Assembly (NCBI GenBank): GCA_028023455.1
Contig: JAQFVV010000004.1
Coordinates: 18,166,001 to 18,230,000 of the forward strand
Source of the DNA: Epiperipatus broadwayi
Taxonomy: Eukaryota; Animalia; Onychophora
Length of the DNA: 64,000 nucleotides
Direction of reading: 5' to 3'
Numbering within the stretch: the first letter of the stretch is position 1; each line of letters opens with the position of its first letter. Of this stretch, positions 12,233 to 23,990 are shown in pieces. Under the pieces are notes generated by a model. It was not told the origin of the DNA. It made no database searches and saw only the letters and a program-made list of their open reading frames with translations. The position numbers were made by a program, and so were the translations under genes.

Positions 12233-12562
12233 AAAATAGAATAATTCTAAAACAGGTGGACATAAAATATAATATTTATCTTTTAAGTTTCTAATAACTC
12301 TTATTTACATCAATTGCTTTTATAAAAGTTAAATTCATGATTTAATTTCAACATATAGATTTAATATCAAGGAAAAAGAATATATAGTAAGCAAAGCCCC
12401 CCCCCCCCCCAATTATACAACTCTTATAACTGGCTTTTTGATTTCTTTATTGATTTATTTTTTATTTGAAAGTATAATTTTTATGTTCAGTATTGTTATG
12501 TGCGCTTATATATTATTTCAGAAATTCAAAGTTATAAATATATGTTGATAAACAAAAATAAA

Positions 12563-12730
12563 ATGACAGAAGCCACCCGAGAAAGGTTGTTACCGTGGCT
12601 TCTCCAAATGACGGACAAAGGTATTGTTCCAGGCCTTCGATGGCTAAATGAAGAAAAAAATTTACTTCGGATGCCTTGGAAACATCAAGGAAAACATGAC
12701 TGGAAACCGGACGATTCCAGACTTTTGATG
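12563..12730 (+). CDS. IRF: IRF-family transcription factor, first coding exon (N-half of the tryptophan-pentad DNA-binding domain)
   Basis: MTEATRERLLPWLLQMTDKGIVPGLRWLNEEKNLLRMPWKHQGKHDWKPDDSRLLM matches the IRF DBD pattern (WL..I.G..PGL.W...EK...R.PWKH). Phase-0 donor GTAAGT at 12731. An in-frame alternative ATG lies at 12542. Confidence 0.95.
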
Positions 12731-15700
12731 GTAAGTAAATATTTTCTTGGATTTAATATGTTTTAAAATCTTTTTTTCCTTCTCTTGTTACAAATTACAT
12801 TATGAGTACTTAATATATATATTCTAAATTATATTTAAGAGAATAAAACTTTTAAAATAAAAAATTAAAACAATATCTTGGCATTACTGATTCCTCAAAT
12901 CATTATTATTTTAGCAATAACTTCTAAAATTTTATTCATATTAAACATAAAATGAATATTTTTTGACCGGTTAAAAATTTTTTTCACGAAACGTAACTTT
13001 AAATTGCAATAGAAATCCGGAAGCGTTTTCTCGAGTAAATTAGATGAAATTATTTCTGTTACAATATGAGTATATTGGATATTTTTTTATAATTAACAGC
13101 TTAAACAAAGATGCAGAAACATTGACTTCTAAAATAAACTTAAATTCCTCCATTTCCAACGCCTGCTTGATATGTACTGCTGGTACATCAGCTATATCTA
13201 AGTGATTTTTTGTACGTGTGTGTGAGAATTATTTATGAATATAATAATGTGCGGAGGAGGGGGCTTAATTGAAAAATTACGATTTTTGAGTACGAGTGAT
13301 CTCATTTACAATGAAATTAAAGGATCACAAAAATTTGTTAATAATCTATTGCAGGTATCTGCGGATAGTTTATATTGACTAATAATTACCGGTATCTACA
13401 TTTCTTCCGTACTATCGTGTTACTTTTTACCTATAGATGCATACCCCCCCCCCCATCTAACCTACACATAAAACGTAAAATGTAAATGCGCAAATATGTC
13501 ACATGTGTATAATAATGGGGAGGGAAAGCAATTTAATTAAAAAGGACCGGAGACGGGGAGCACCAATTAATCTCCCCCCCTAATTAGAGAAGTAGGTGTC
13601 TTCTAAATTATTTTTGTAATAATTTTTAATTGTTCGAGTTCTTTGATTGTTTTTTTTTTAAAAACGGTTGCGCTACTTTTTATTAAATTAATAAAATATA
13701 TATGTCCGAATAGGAGTTGCTTTTACCTGTCCCCATCCACAATGATATATATATTATTTAATATTCGGAAAAAATATTAGCAACTTGGTTTTTTTTTAAT
13801 TTTATTTGGAAGTTTACCTAACTTAAGAATGCAATCTATACAAAATTACACAAAAGCATTAACTCATTCAGTGAAAAAATAAAAAACCCATAAAACTCGT
13901 CAGTTTAATTAAATAAGGGAAATATTTAGTATGTCATACAAACTGCTAAATTCTTATAGGATTATAAAAATAAAAAGAAAGGGAAAGATAAAGCCCAAAG
14001 GGATTGTGTCATCACTTTCCTTATACGGTCAATTATTCTAAAAGATATTTTTTAGTTACGCCTCTAATGTCAGTCATATTCTTTTACAGTAAATATTAAT
14101 TTGTAGGTCATGCAAAACGATCCTACACCTCATTTCCGCCTACTCTTAACTCCCGCTTCTACGCTTAAGTTGGCGCAGATCAGAGTATTCACTTTTTTGT
14201 GAGGGAGTTGGATATTCTAAACAAATGTTTCGTAACTTAATTTATCAAGATATACTGTATTTGATAGTGCCGTAAAATTATCAATTATAATTTCAGAGTA
14301 GGCGTATAGACAGATACACATACGTGAGTGTAAACACATATCGTTAAAATAAAAGTAATTCATCACAAATTACGTTTAGAATGCTTAATCAAAAAAAGAA
14401 ATATATTTTTTGTCGTTCTAGAATTTTTGTATTGATGAGAAAGAACGTCAATAATGTACAAAAACTGAATATGGATGAATATTAGAGCGTGTGCTACGTA
14501 TCTGATGGCAGAACATGAAATCACCTAACTATAGCTTGATGAATTAAATTAATTATAATGTGAGAACTTTTTTTTTTTTTCGTAGTTAAATCATCATAAG
14601 TCATTTGACAATTAATTATGAAAACTGATGGGTCGTGAATAAATTGTTAACAAAATTAAAAATAAAATAATTATTAATTACTGTAATAAATGGTATTTAG
14701 TAAAAGAGAAAAATTAAATATAGTAATTATAAATTGCTTCTACTTGTATTACATAATTTATATTTGTCAAATAGTAGTGGCATCGGGTGTAGAAGTTAAT
14801 CCATCAATTGGTGGTGTTCATTAACTAAAGTTCGAATTCAAATGAATTTTGGAATTTTTTGACTTTCTTCTATTGAACTCCATACAGTATTTATACACGA
14901 CATTAATCGAATGCATATTCTTTAGTCATGCTTATGCCTAAGAATCGAACCCAGATTGTATTTAGAATTTTTTTAAGAAGAGGGGGATTTCCAAGCAAGA
15001 AGATACAATTCTTTTTTAAGTAACAGAGGATTTTTAAACAAGCTTTATCATGGGCAATTTAGTTAGTCATCAATTTATTTGGTCAGTAAACGGGTGTTTA
15101 GTTATATTTGGCTGGAAGATATAAAGTTCTAGCTTAAGCTGAAATTTATCAGATGATTGTTGATGCACTGATCATAAAACAAAAATATTACAATCACATA
15201 ATGTTTATCATTGCTGAAGTATTATTTACAGAATCATGATTTGTCTTTCTTTTCATGTTATAAACTATTGCTATAGTAAAGAGTTTACGCAAATGGCAAG
15301 CTGCAACTTTGGTGCTTCAATGTCACGTGATCTCTAAAACAATAAACTTTTGTTAATTTTTTTTTTTTTTTAATTTACATATATATGAATCCTTATTTTT
15401 TTAAATCAAATTATCTTACTGAAATCAAAAAGAAATAGCCTAGACTTTATTGTACATGAAAGTCTTCATTTTCATACTATTTATGTATTAGTAACATGGA
15501 TGACTTATTGTGAATTATTATTATGATTTATTAATTATGTCTTATGAATGGATAGCACTTGGCAGCAATAAATAATGATTGCATTAAAATGGACAAGTAA
15601 AATAGTCTTTACATAGTCTATTGCAGAGCAAAAGCCATCACTGGGTTTGTCAATGGCTAAGAAGTAAGGATATAGTAGAAGAAGAATAATTTGTCATGAA

Positions 15701-15809
15701 TTGGTTCAATTACAGGTCAGGGGGATTTTGAAGAATTCTACTTAGCATAGAATTTTTCATTAAGGTAATTGAGCTGGAACTATTCCAGCTAATCATTCAA
15801 TTTTGGTCA

Positions 15810-15915
15810 AGAGTTCATAAAAAGTCTGAACACTAAAAAAGATAGCACGGAGCTGTGATGTATAAACCTTGAACTCCAGAATCCACCATTCTATTACTGC
15901 ACTTAACCACACAAG
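15810..15915 (-). mobile_element. Old tRNA-related SINE fragment (family D)
   Basis: Similar to 43141-43420 (gagttcataaaaa...ccttgaactccagaatccaccattctattactgcac). Confidence 0.45.
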
Positions 15916-16639
15916 GCAGTTAATAGGTATCAAGATATTCTTAAGTAGAAAATGAAATAATACTGGAATAATAGATTTGATTATACTTTTGAAATGTTTT
16001 ACATTAATAGCCTATTTATCTATTCATTAAGTTATGTATCTATATATCATTCTGTTTATCTAATTACAATGTATTATATAATGGGCAATTAATTAAAAAT
16101 CATTATAAGAATTTTCCTATTCCTTACAAACATACCTTTTATTTTTAGAAAATTTAGAACATGTAGCTTTAAAAATATGTGCAAAATATGTAGTATGCAT
16201 ATTGTTTAAATTTAAAATAAAATAAATGAATGATGATCAAAAAAATTAAATTATTAAATTATTAACAATTTAAATTATTTGATAATGAATATATATAAAA
16301 GAAGATAGAAAGATGTACACAAAAGTAGCCTTGCAGTTTATATTTAAGACATACATTGTGAATAGACACTGTACGAAAAAAAAAGAGAAAAACTTTATCT
16401 CTAATTTAACAAACCAATGTATTTAAAAAGCATATTCTTTTTTTATTATTTCCATAAATATTATTAAAAGATTATAAAGCACAAAAAAGAAGATTAACTT
16501 TATTAACTAAATGTTACTAAAAAGATAGAATAAACTTTACAAGAAAAAAATAATTATAATCAATCAATTGTTTTATTTATAGTTTAGATAAACAGTACAG
16601 ATATAAAAATACATTTTAGTATAGTATACAGAATATATT

Positions 16640-17860
16640 AATCATCGTCATTAATTATTAATGATGGACTGTAGAATGAAGATCTATCCATATTTAATTC
16701 AGTCTCTCTAATCCATAGCTTGTCTTTTCTTCATCATTTCAACAAAACAACTTATTTCAATCAACCATCTCATATAAGATCTCTTTCTAGGTCTTTTGCA
16801 ATCTCATGATATCTTGCTTAGGACTTCAACCATCCAACTATATCTTCGAACAATTTGTCCACCTTCTTTCAACAATAGCAGTGATCTCTTATCTGTATTT
16901 TATTTTCATCACATTTCATACTACTTTAAGTACTATGAAGTTTCTATATTGTTCTTCTGTTAATTAAACAAATATTAGATCCATAAATAACAAAAATAAA
17001 ACATATCTATTAAAACTTTCTCTTTCCAGAAATCGATTTATTTCTTTTAATATTATTTTTTTACTACCAAAAACACTTCATCCAAGTTTAATTCTGTGAT
17101 TAATTTCATCCATTACATTTTCCATTTGCATTAATAATGTGATCAAAGTGTTTGTAATTGTTTGCTTCTTCTAATTTATGATAATCAATTTTTATTTTCT
17201 TCTGAGAAAAGCCATTGAACATTATTCTAAACTCTTAGTATTTGTCTTTAGTTCTACACTTTCACTTGCATATGATAATTCTTGCAACATTTACTGAAAC
17301 TATGAAGCATTATTTGCAACTACATTTACCTTTATTTACTTCTCATTTTAATTTACAAAATAGGTGAAAAAAAGTTTTGAAAATATAGCAGCAATGGATT
17401 GTACATTCTTATCACTGTTAATCTTCTCAGTATCACCAATAATCTAATCACTGATGTCACATTTTGATAAATATTCTTCAGAATATGATATCTTGGTTCT
17501 ATATCTTGATGGATCAAAGCTTTAATCAGTGTGAATATACTTATAAAACCAAATGACTTTTTATACTCTACTACAAATCCAAAACTTAATACAATTTATA
17601 TCCCCCTCCCAATATCTTCTTTCAGTAATTGGATGTGCCAAAACCACTTTACATCCAGCTTGTTTTTTTTTCTGGTTGGTATCAAAAATGTAGAACCTTG
17701 CAATTTCTAATATCTTTATTATTATAATTCTTTCTTAAACATTAATAATATTGATGCATTCTTCCAATTATCTGGTACATCTTTATCATTTAGACATTTA
17801 GAATATTTATTTCTTCATCCATTTCTTTAAAGACATGAATAATAATACCATTCTTTCCTA
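16640..17860 (-). mobile_element. Degenerate RTE LINE fragment (RT to 3' end)
   Basis: Colinear with 21050-22400 (ccaagtttaattctgtgattaatttcatcc; aaaaccactttacatccagcttg; gcattcttccaattatctggtacatc). Confidence 0.85.
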
Positions 17861-18073
17861 GAGCTTTTTTTTTTATAAGCAAGTATTGGAATTATAAATC
17901 TGACAGTATTATTGTATATGTGTTTGAATATTAAAAATAAAAAAACCTTTTTTAAATACTCTCATAATTAGATATATTAGAAAGAAACATTTCTCATACT
18001 TCATTACATTATATCCATTTGTTACATATAATTACCCAATATGAGGCAGGTTCATCATCATTGGCAATTACCC

Positions 18074-18208
18074 AATCATTATATTTGATGATCCAACTAA
18101 TTAGTGAAATATTAGTCATATTCTCTGAAAACAAGATAAATCATTATATTTGATGATCCAACTAATTAGTGAAATATTAGTCATATTCTCTGAAAACAAG
18201 ATAAATCA
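18074..18208. repeat. Perfect 65-bp tandem duplication
   Basis: The unit aatcattatatttgatgatcc...aaaacaagata starts at 18074 and again at 18139. Confidence 0.9.
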
Positions 18209-20274
18209 AAACATTTTCATATAATTAGCAAGTCTAATCATTTTATATATGCAAAGTCCAAATTGATTTTTATGATAGTGGCATAACATGGAAAGCAATA
18301 GTTAAATAAAATAGTTAGAAACAAAAAGAAATGTTAACAAACAAACAAAAAAAGAATAGATTTTAAGAAAACAAACTCATATGGAATACAGCATAAAAAC
18401 AGAAAACAATTATGTTTAAATTAATATAGAATAGCAACCAAATAGGATTCATGAGAGCTAATTTTTAAAGAATGCACTTCATATTAAAAAAAGGAGTAAA
18501 TTTAAATTTTAATAACATAATTTTAAAATAAAAATACTAGAACCACTCCCACATTGATAAAAAAAATCATTTAGGGATGGGGGGGTCAAAATATAAGATG
18601 AATATATAATTCAAATGTTGCAGTCATTGCTACATCATGTAAGAATAGAATAAATATTTTGAAAACTAGAGAAAATTCTGTGCTAAAAAGTTTCAGAAAG
18701 AAGTGGAAAACAAAAGACTTTGAATCTGACATCAAGATTTTGAAAAAGTCTAAAATTGATCTAATAGATAATGCAAAACACCCTAAAACTAATAAGAAAA
18801 CTATAAATTAGCCTAGACAAAAATATAATAAAATACTAAATATTTTGCAGAAAAACATGCAAATACAATTTCAGTACTACAGGCTAATAATAGTGTTGTA
18901 ACAAATCAGATTAGTAAGAATCTGGATTTAATTAAAGAACCTGATGTAGAATCCATTGGAAGAAATAAAAATCTACAATATTGCAATGGAAAAATCCAAA
19001 TTCATCTATACATAAACACATCTTCAATAAATAAAATGATAAATAAAATTAAAGTTGAGAGTGTGTTGAATCTCTAGAATGAACAATTCAAATTCATTTT
19101 AGATGAGACAAGTAATGGATAATTGAACCAAGTGCAGTATTTAAATATTTCCATGACACCTTATAAATTTTTACATTGGATAGTGATGTGCAAAAAGAAA
19201 ATATCAATATAGAATTTAATAATCACTGTAAAATAAATGTAATACATATAAAAATACAAATTTTGATGCAAATGCTACAAATCAATCTAATACTGATGCA
19301 GAAAACAATGATAAAAATAACATGAATGTAGAAAGTGTAGATGAAGAAAAAGATGATTGTAGACCTGTAAAACAGGTCATTAATATGTCAAAAATAAATG
19401 TAAACATTCAAAAAGTCATGTAAATTAATTCAGTTAAAAGTTGAAGATTTAGGCTAGTATCAAAGATGAAAAAAGAGACTAAAACAAATTTAGAAATTAT
19501 GGAAGCAACCAAAATAGATTCAATAATAAAAATAAATATGAAGTGAATAAAACAATTGTGATGTCATAGCAAGTAATTTAGAAACTGCAGAAAAATTGAT
19601 GCTAAAAAGAGTAGTTCTCAGTAAGTCCAGATAAACATAATCAAATATAAGAAATCTTATAAAAGGTCATATAAATCTATGGTGCTTATGATTTCGTTAC
19701 ACTAAAGGGGAAGATTCAAATTAAGCATTTTATATATATATATACCATAGAATAAAATAAAAAGGATTATAAGGAATTGTGGAATATCCACATTGGTTGT
19801 ATAATAGGAAAAAAAATGTATTTGAGATCTGAAAGGGTGTTTTCAATGCATCAGTGTTTATTATAAAATCCATCATAAAAAATATTATTTAGGTTCATAT
19901 AATATCTAAAGTATATGTGTTGTAATTAAAAACTTTTTTTTTTTGAAATGGGAAGAGTAGGATAATTTGTCGTGTCTGTGGATATGTATTTTTTTTTTTT
20001 TTAAAATAATTAAAAGAATTCTTATAAAAAAGATCACAGAATAAAACATATATTTTACCTAAATGTAGATTTGAGATGTAATAAATAATTTACCTCCTTC
20101 CCCAAGCAAATTATTCTTTTGGATATTTCTTGAATATATTTTTCAATAAACTTGTATCACTTTAATTAATTAAATAGGAAAGATTTGTAAACAGTTTTGT
20201 AAAGATAAAACAAGTAAATCAATCAATATGAAGAATTTGAACAATGTAAATATATTTCCCTGAGTTGTATTTAT

Positions 20275-20790
20275 ATATTGGACTATTCTATCATATAATA
20301 TGAGTATTGAATATCTTTAGAAAATTTAATTTTATTTAAATACTCCTAATATATTCAATTGTTAGTAATAGCACACATGTTAGTATATGTACAACATTTT
20401 GAGAGATTTTATTCTCCCCTCTTCTTTGGATGTTGCTGGCCTGACTAATGATAGCATTTGCATGGGAATTGAACCTAAATCTCAAAGATAAGTATATGAA
20501 ATATCTATTTATTGTTGCCTTTGGAAATATGGCTCAGTTGCATAGAGTGTTACCTTAAAATTCAATACTCGAGAATCTAAGGGTCCAGGTTCGATTCCTA
20601 TGCTAGTCAGGCCAGCGACATCTGAAGAAAAGGCGAGAATAATACCTCTCAAAATGTTGTGCATATACTAACCTGTATGCTATTACTAACAGCTGAATGC
20701 ATTTGGAATATTTAAATAAAATTAATTTTTGCTAAAGACATTCAATAATCATATTAGATGATGGAAATAGTTCCAATATATATAAAGAAA
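20275..20790. mobile_element. Family C tRNA-headed SINE, head-to-head pair
   Basis: Right copy (+) has A box TGGCTCAGTTG (20530-20540) and B box GGTTCGATTCC (20588-20598). The left copy (~20275-20470) is its truncated reverse complement. Confidence 0.75.
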
Positions 20791-21049
20791 ACAAATGTGT
20801 TTTCAAGAAAATTTTATTAAAGTTCAGGATAAATTCAATCTAATCAGTTGCAATTAAAAATTAAGAGAAAATACAGAATAACTTCAGAGTTATTATTAGA
20901 GGATAGCTAAATAAACTATTTTACACTTTGAATGGATTGCTATATCAAATCCATCCTCAGCTAAATGATTGAAAAGAGACTAGTTGTTTCTCTGAAAAAA
21001 TAGCTATGTATTATTTATCATTATTATCATTATGCCTTTTATGAGAATT

Positions 21050-23990
21050 TCATCATCATCATCATCAACCATTATCAATCCACTGCAGGATGAAGGTCTC
21101 TCCAAGTTTAATCCATCTTCTCCGATCTTTAGCTTCTCTTTTCCACAACACCCCTGCACATTTTCTTATTTCATCCATCCATCTCACATGTGGTCTCTTT
21201 CTGGGTCTTTTACAATCTCTTGGAATCCAGTTTAAAATTTCAATTGTCCATCTATTATCATTTCTTCTAGCAATATGTCCAGCCCAACTCCATTTCAATC
21301 TTTTAATTTTTTCAATAAGGTCAGTAACACCTGTTTGTTGTCTTACCCATACATTGTGTTTTCAATCTCTTCTTGTTACTCCCAACATACATCTCTCCAT
21401 ACTCCTTTGAGTGGGCTGAAGTTTCTGTATTGCTCTTCTATTAAGTGTCCAAGTCTCAGATCCATAAGTAAGAACTGGTAAAACACATTTGTTAAAAACC
21501 ATTCTTTTCAAACACATAGGCATATTTCCTTTTAGTATCAAGTTATTTCTACCAAAAGCACTCCAACCAAGTTTAATTCTATGATTAATTTCCTCCATTA
21601 TGTTTCCATCTGTATTAATAATCTGACCAAGGTATTTGTAACTGTTAACTTCTTCTAATTCTTCATAATTAATCTTTATTTTCATACTTTGAGCAAATCG
21701 ATTAAACATTACTTTAGTCTTTTTAACATTTATCTTTAGTCTTACTTTTCTACTTTCATCTGCTAACTCCTGCAACATTTCCTGCATCTCTGAAGCATTA
21801 TTTGCAAAAACAACTACATCACCTGCAAAATCTAAATGACTTAAATACTCTCCATTTACTTTCATTCCTTTAGTTTCCCATTTTAATCCAAAAAATACTT
21901 CTTGCAGCACTGCTGTAAAAAGTTTTGGAGATATGGAGTCACCTTGTCTTACACCTTTTTCAATGTTGATTTTTCCAGTATCATTATGTAATCTATTATT
22001 GCTGTTGCATTTTTATAAATATTCTTTAAAATATAACAATATCCTGGATCTATACCTTGATGATCCAATGCTTTAATCACTGAAGAAATGTGTATAGAAT
22101 CGAATGCCTTTTCATAATCTACAAATCCAAAACATAATGACAAATCATATTCATTTGTCCTTTCTATGACTTCTTTTAATACCTGGATATGATCTATTGT
22201 ACTAAAACCACTTTTAAATCCAGCTTGTTCTCTTGGTTGGTGGAAATCCAAAGTTCTCTGTAGACGAGTTGTAATTATCTTGGTAAAAATTTTATATAAA
22301 ATTGATAAAAGGCTGATAGGTCTGTAATTTCTAATATCTTCTTTATCACCTTTTTTAAATATTAATATTATTACTGCATTCTTCCAATCTTCCGGTACAT
22401 CTTTATCATTTAGACATTTGGTATATAACTTTGCTAAAATTGTTTCTATTTCTGCACCTCCTTCTTTTAATATGTCAATTATAATTCCATCATTTCCTGG
22501 AGCCTTTCCTTTCTTCATACATTTAATTGCATGTCTCACTTCTTCATTTAAAATTCTGGGCAATTCGGAAGATGTAATAGATATAGGAGGTACTTGTTCT
22601 TTATTACTATATAATTCTTGATAAAAATCTTCTACCAATTTCATGATGTCATCTCTCTTTTTAGTAATAATTCCATCTTTTTTTCTTATTGCAGATATAA
22701 ATTTCCTACCAATACCAAAATGTTGTTTATCTTGAGACTTTTATTTTCTTCTACAGCTTTCCTTGCTATTTCACAGTTATACTTTCTTATATCATTTTCA
22801 ACTCTTTTCTGTACCATTTTACAAAATTTGAGATATTCAATTCTTTTTAATACATCATTTTTGTATATCTTCATATTTCTTCTTTTCTTCATAAATTCTC
22901 TAGTCTCAGTAGAAATTTTATTAGTCAATTGCTCCTTTTTTCTACCAGCTATCTTTGTTGCAGTTTTTAAAAGTGTATCAGTTATTTTCATATTAATTTC
23001 ATTCAAATCTGAATCATGTTCAAAATCTCCTAACACTTGAAACCTATTTGTAAGTTCTAATTTAAATTCATTAGAATGTTTCTGTTTTTCTTAATAATTT
23101 TTGTCTCTCTAGTTTTACATTAACACATAACTTACACCTTACTAATCGATGATCACTTTCTGTGTTAAATTTATTAAGAACATTACAATATTGAAATATG
23201 TATTTTCTGCTAGTCAAAATATAATCCAATTCTGCTGTACCTTCATTTGGATGCTTCCATGTCCATTTTCTTTTAACATTTTTTTCAAAAAATGAATTCA
23301 TAATATAAAGTTTTTCTTTTTCTGCAAACTCCACAAGTCTATGTCCTCTCTCATTTATATTACCATAACCAAAATTACCTACAGCAATTTCATCTTTCAT
23401 TTGTCTACCAATTCTAGCATTAAAGTCTCCCATAACAATTTTAAACTGTTGTTTACTCTGATCAAAAGCCTTTTGTACATCCATATAAAAATCTTCTACT
23501 ACTTCATCACTATGAGAACTTGTTGGGGCATAAACCTGAATTATCTGCATTTGGTATCTGCTATTAAGTTGTATAACTAATCTTGCAACTCTGTCCGATA
23601 CACCATCAATCTCCACAATATTGTTCTTCCACTTTTTATTTATAATGAATCCTACTCCACTTGTATTTCCAATATGTGTGCCTTTATAATAGAGTATATT
23701 TCCACTTTTTAAATCAATTGTTTCTTCACCTTTTCTTCTAACTTCACAAAGTCCAATAATGTCCCATTTAATATAAGACAATTCTTCTTCTAATTCTTGC
23801 AATCTTCCTTCACTTGAAAATGATCTGCAGTTGTAAGTACCTAAATAAAAAGTCATCATCGAATGGCAGCCTGGGTCCACAATCAGGGGATTCTTAGCAC
23901 CCTCCACCTTCAGCCACCAACCGCTGCCTTGGTTTGTGACTTTACAGCCTCCTGGGAATAAGGGCCATGCTTTATTTTTGTCTGTCATAA
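21050..23990 (-). mobile_element. Near full-length RTE-clade LINE (APE endonuclease plus reverse transcriptase), frameshifted
   Basis: Consecutive minus-strand ORFs 23071-23988 (APE: GTYNCRS, WDIIGLCEVRR, QVYAPT, MGDFNA, ESDHRLV), 22686-23036, 21949-22644 (KAPGNDG, YRPISLLS, QAGFKSG, FVDYEKAFDS), 21362-21910 (LDFAGDVV, YKYLG) and 21065-21298 (KWSWAGHIARR..WIPR..KRPRKRP..RW). (TGA)n tail at 21050-21066. Confidence 0.95.

Noticed and set aside
12500-12562. ORF-track start at 12500 for the IRF protein
   Set aside because: The called start is GTG and lies upstream of a plausible splice acceptor at 12521. ATG 12563 (or 12542) fits the DBD start better.
18074-18208. CRISPR-like or satellite array
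   Set aside because: Two adjacent perfect copies with no spacers in a eukaryotic context: a simple tandem duplication. No CRISPR array or cas gene was seen anywhere in the window.
18200-19700. Decayed LINE ORF1/APE on the plus strand (also 33250-33900)
   Set aside because: Purine-rich and coding-like, but no motif could be read with confidence.
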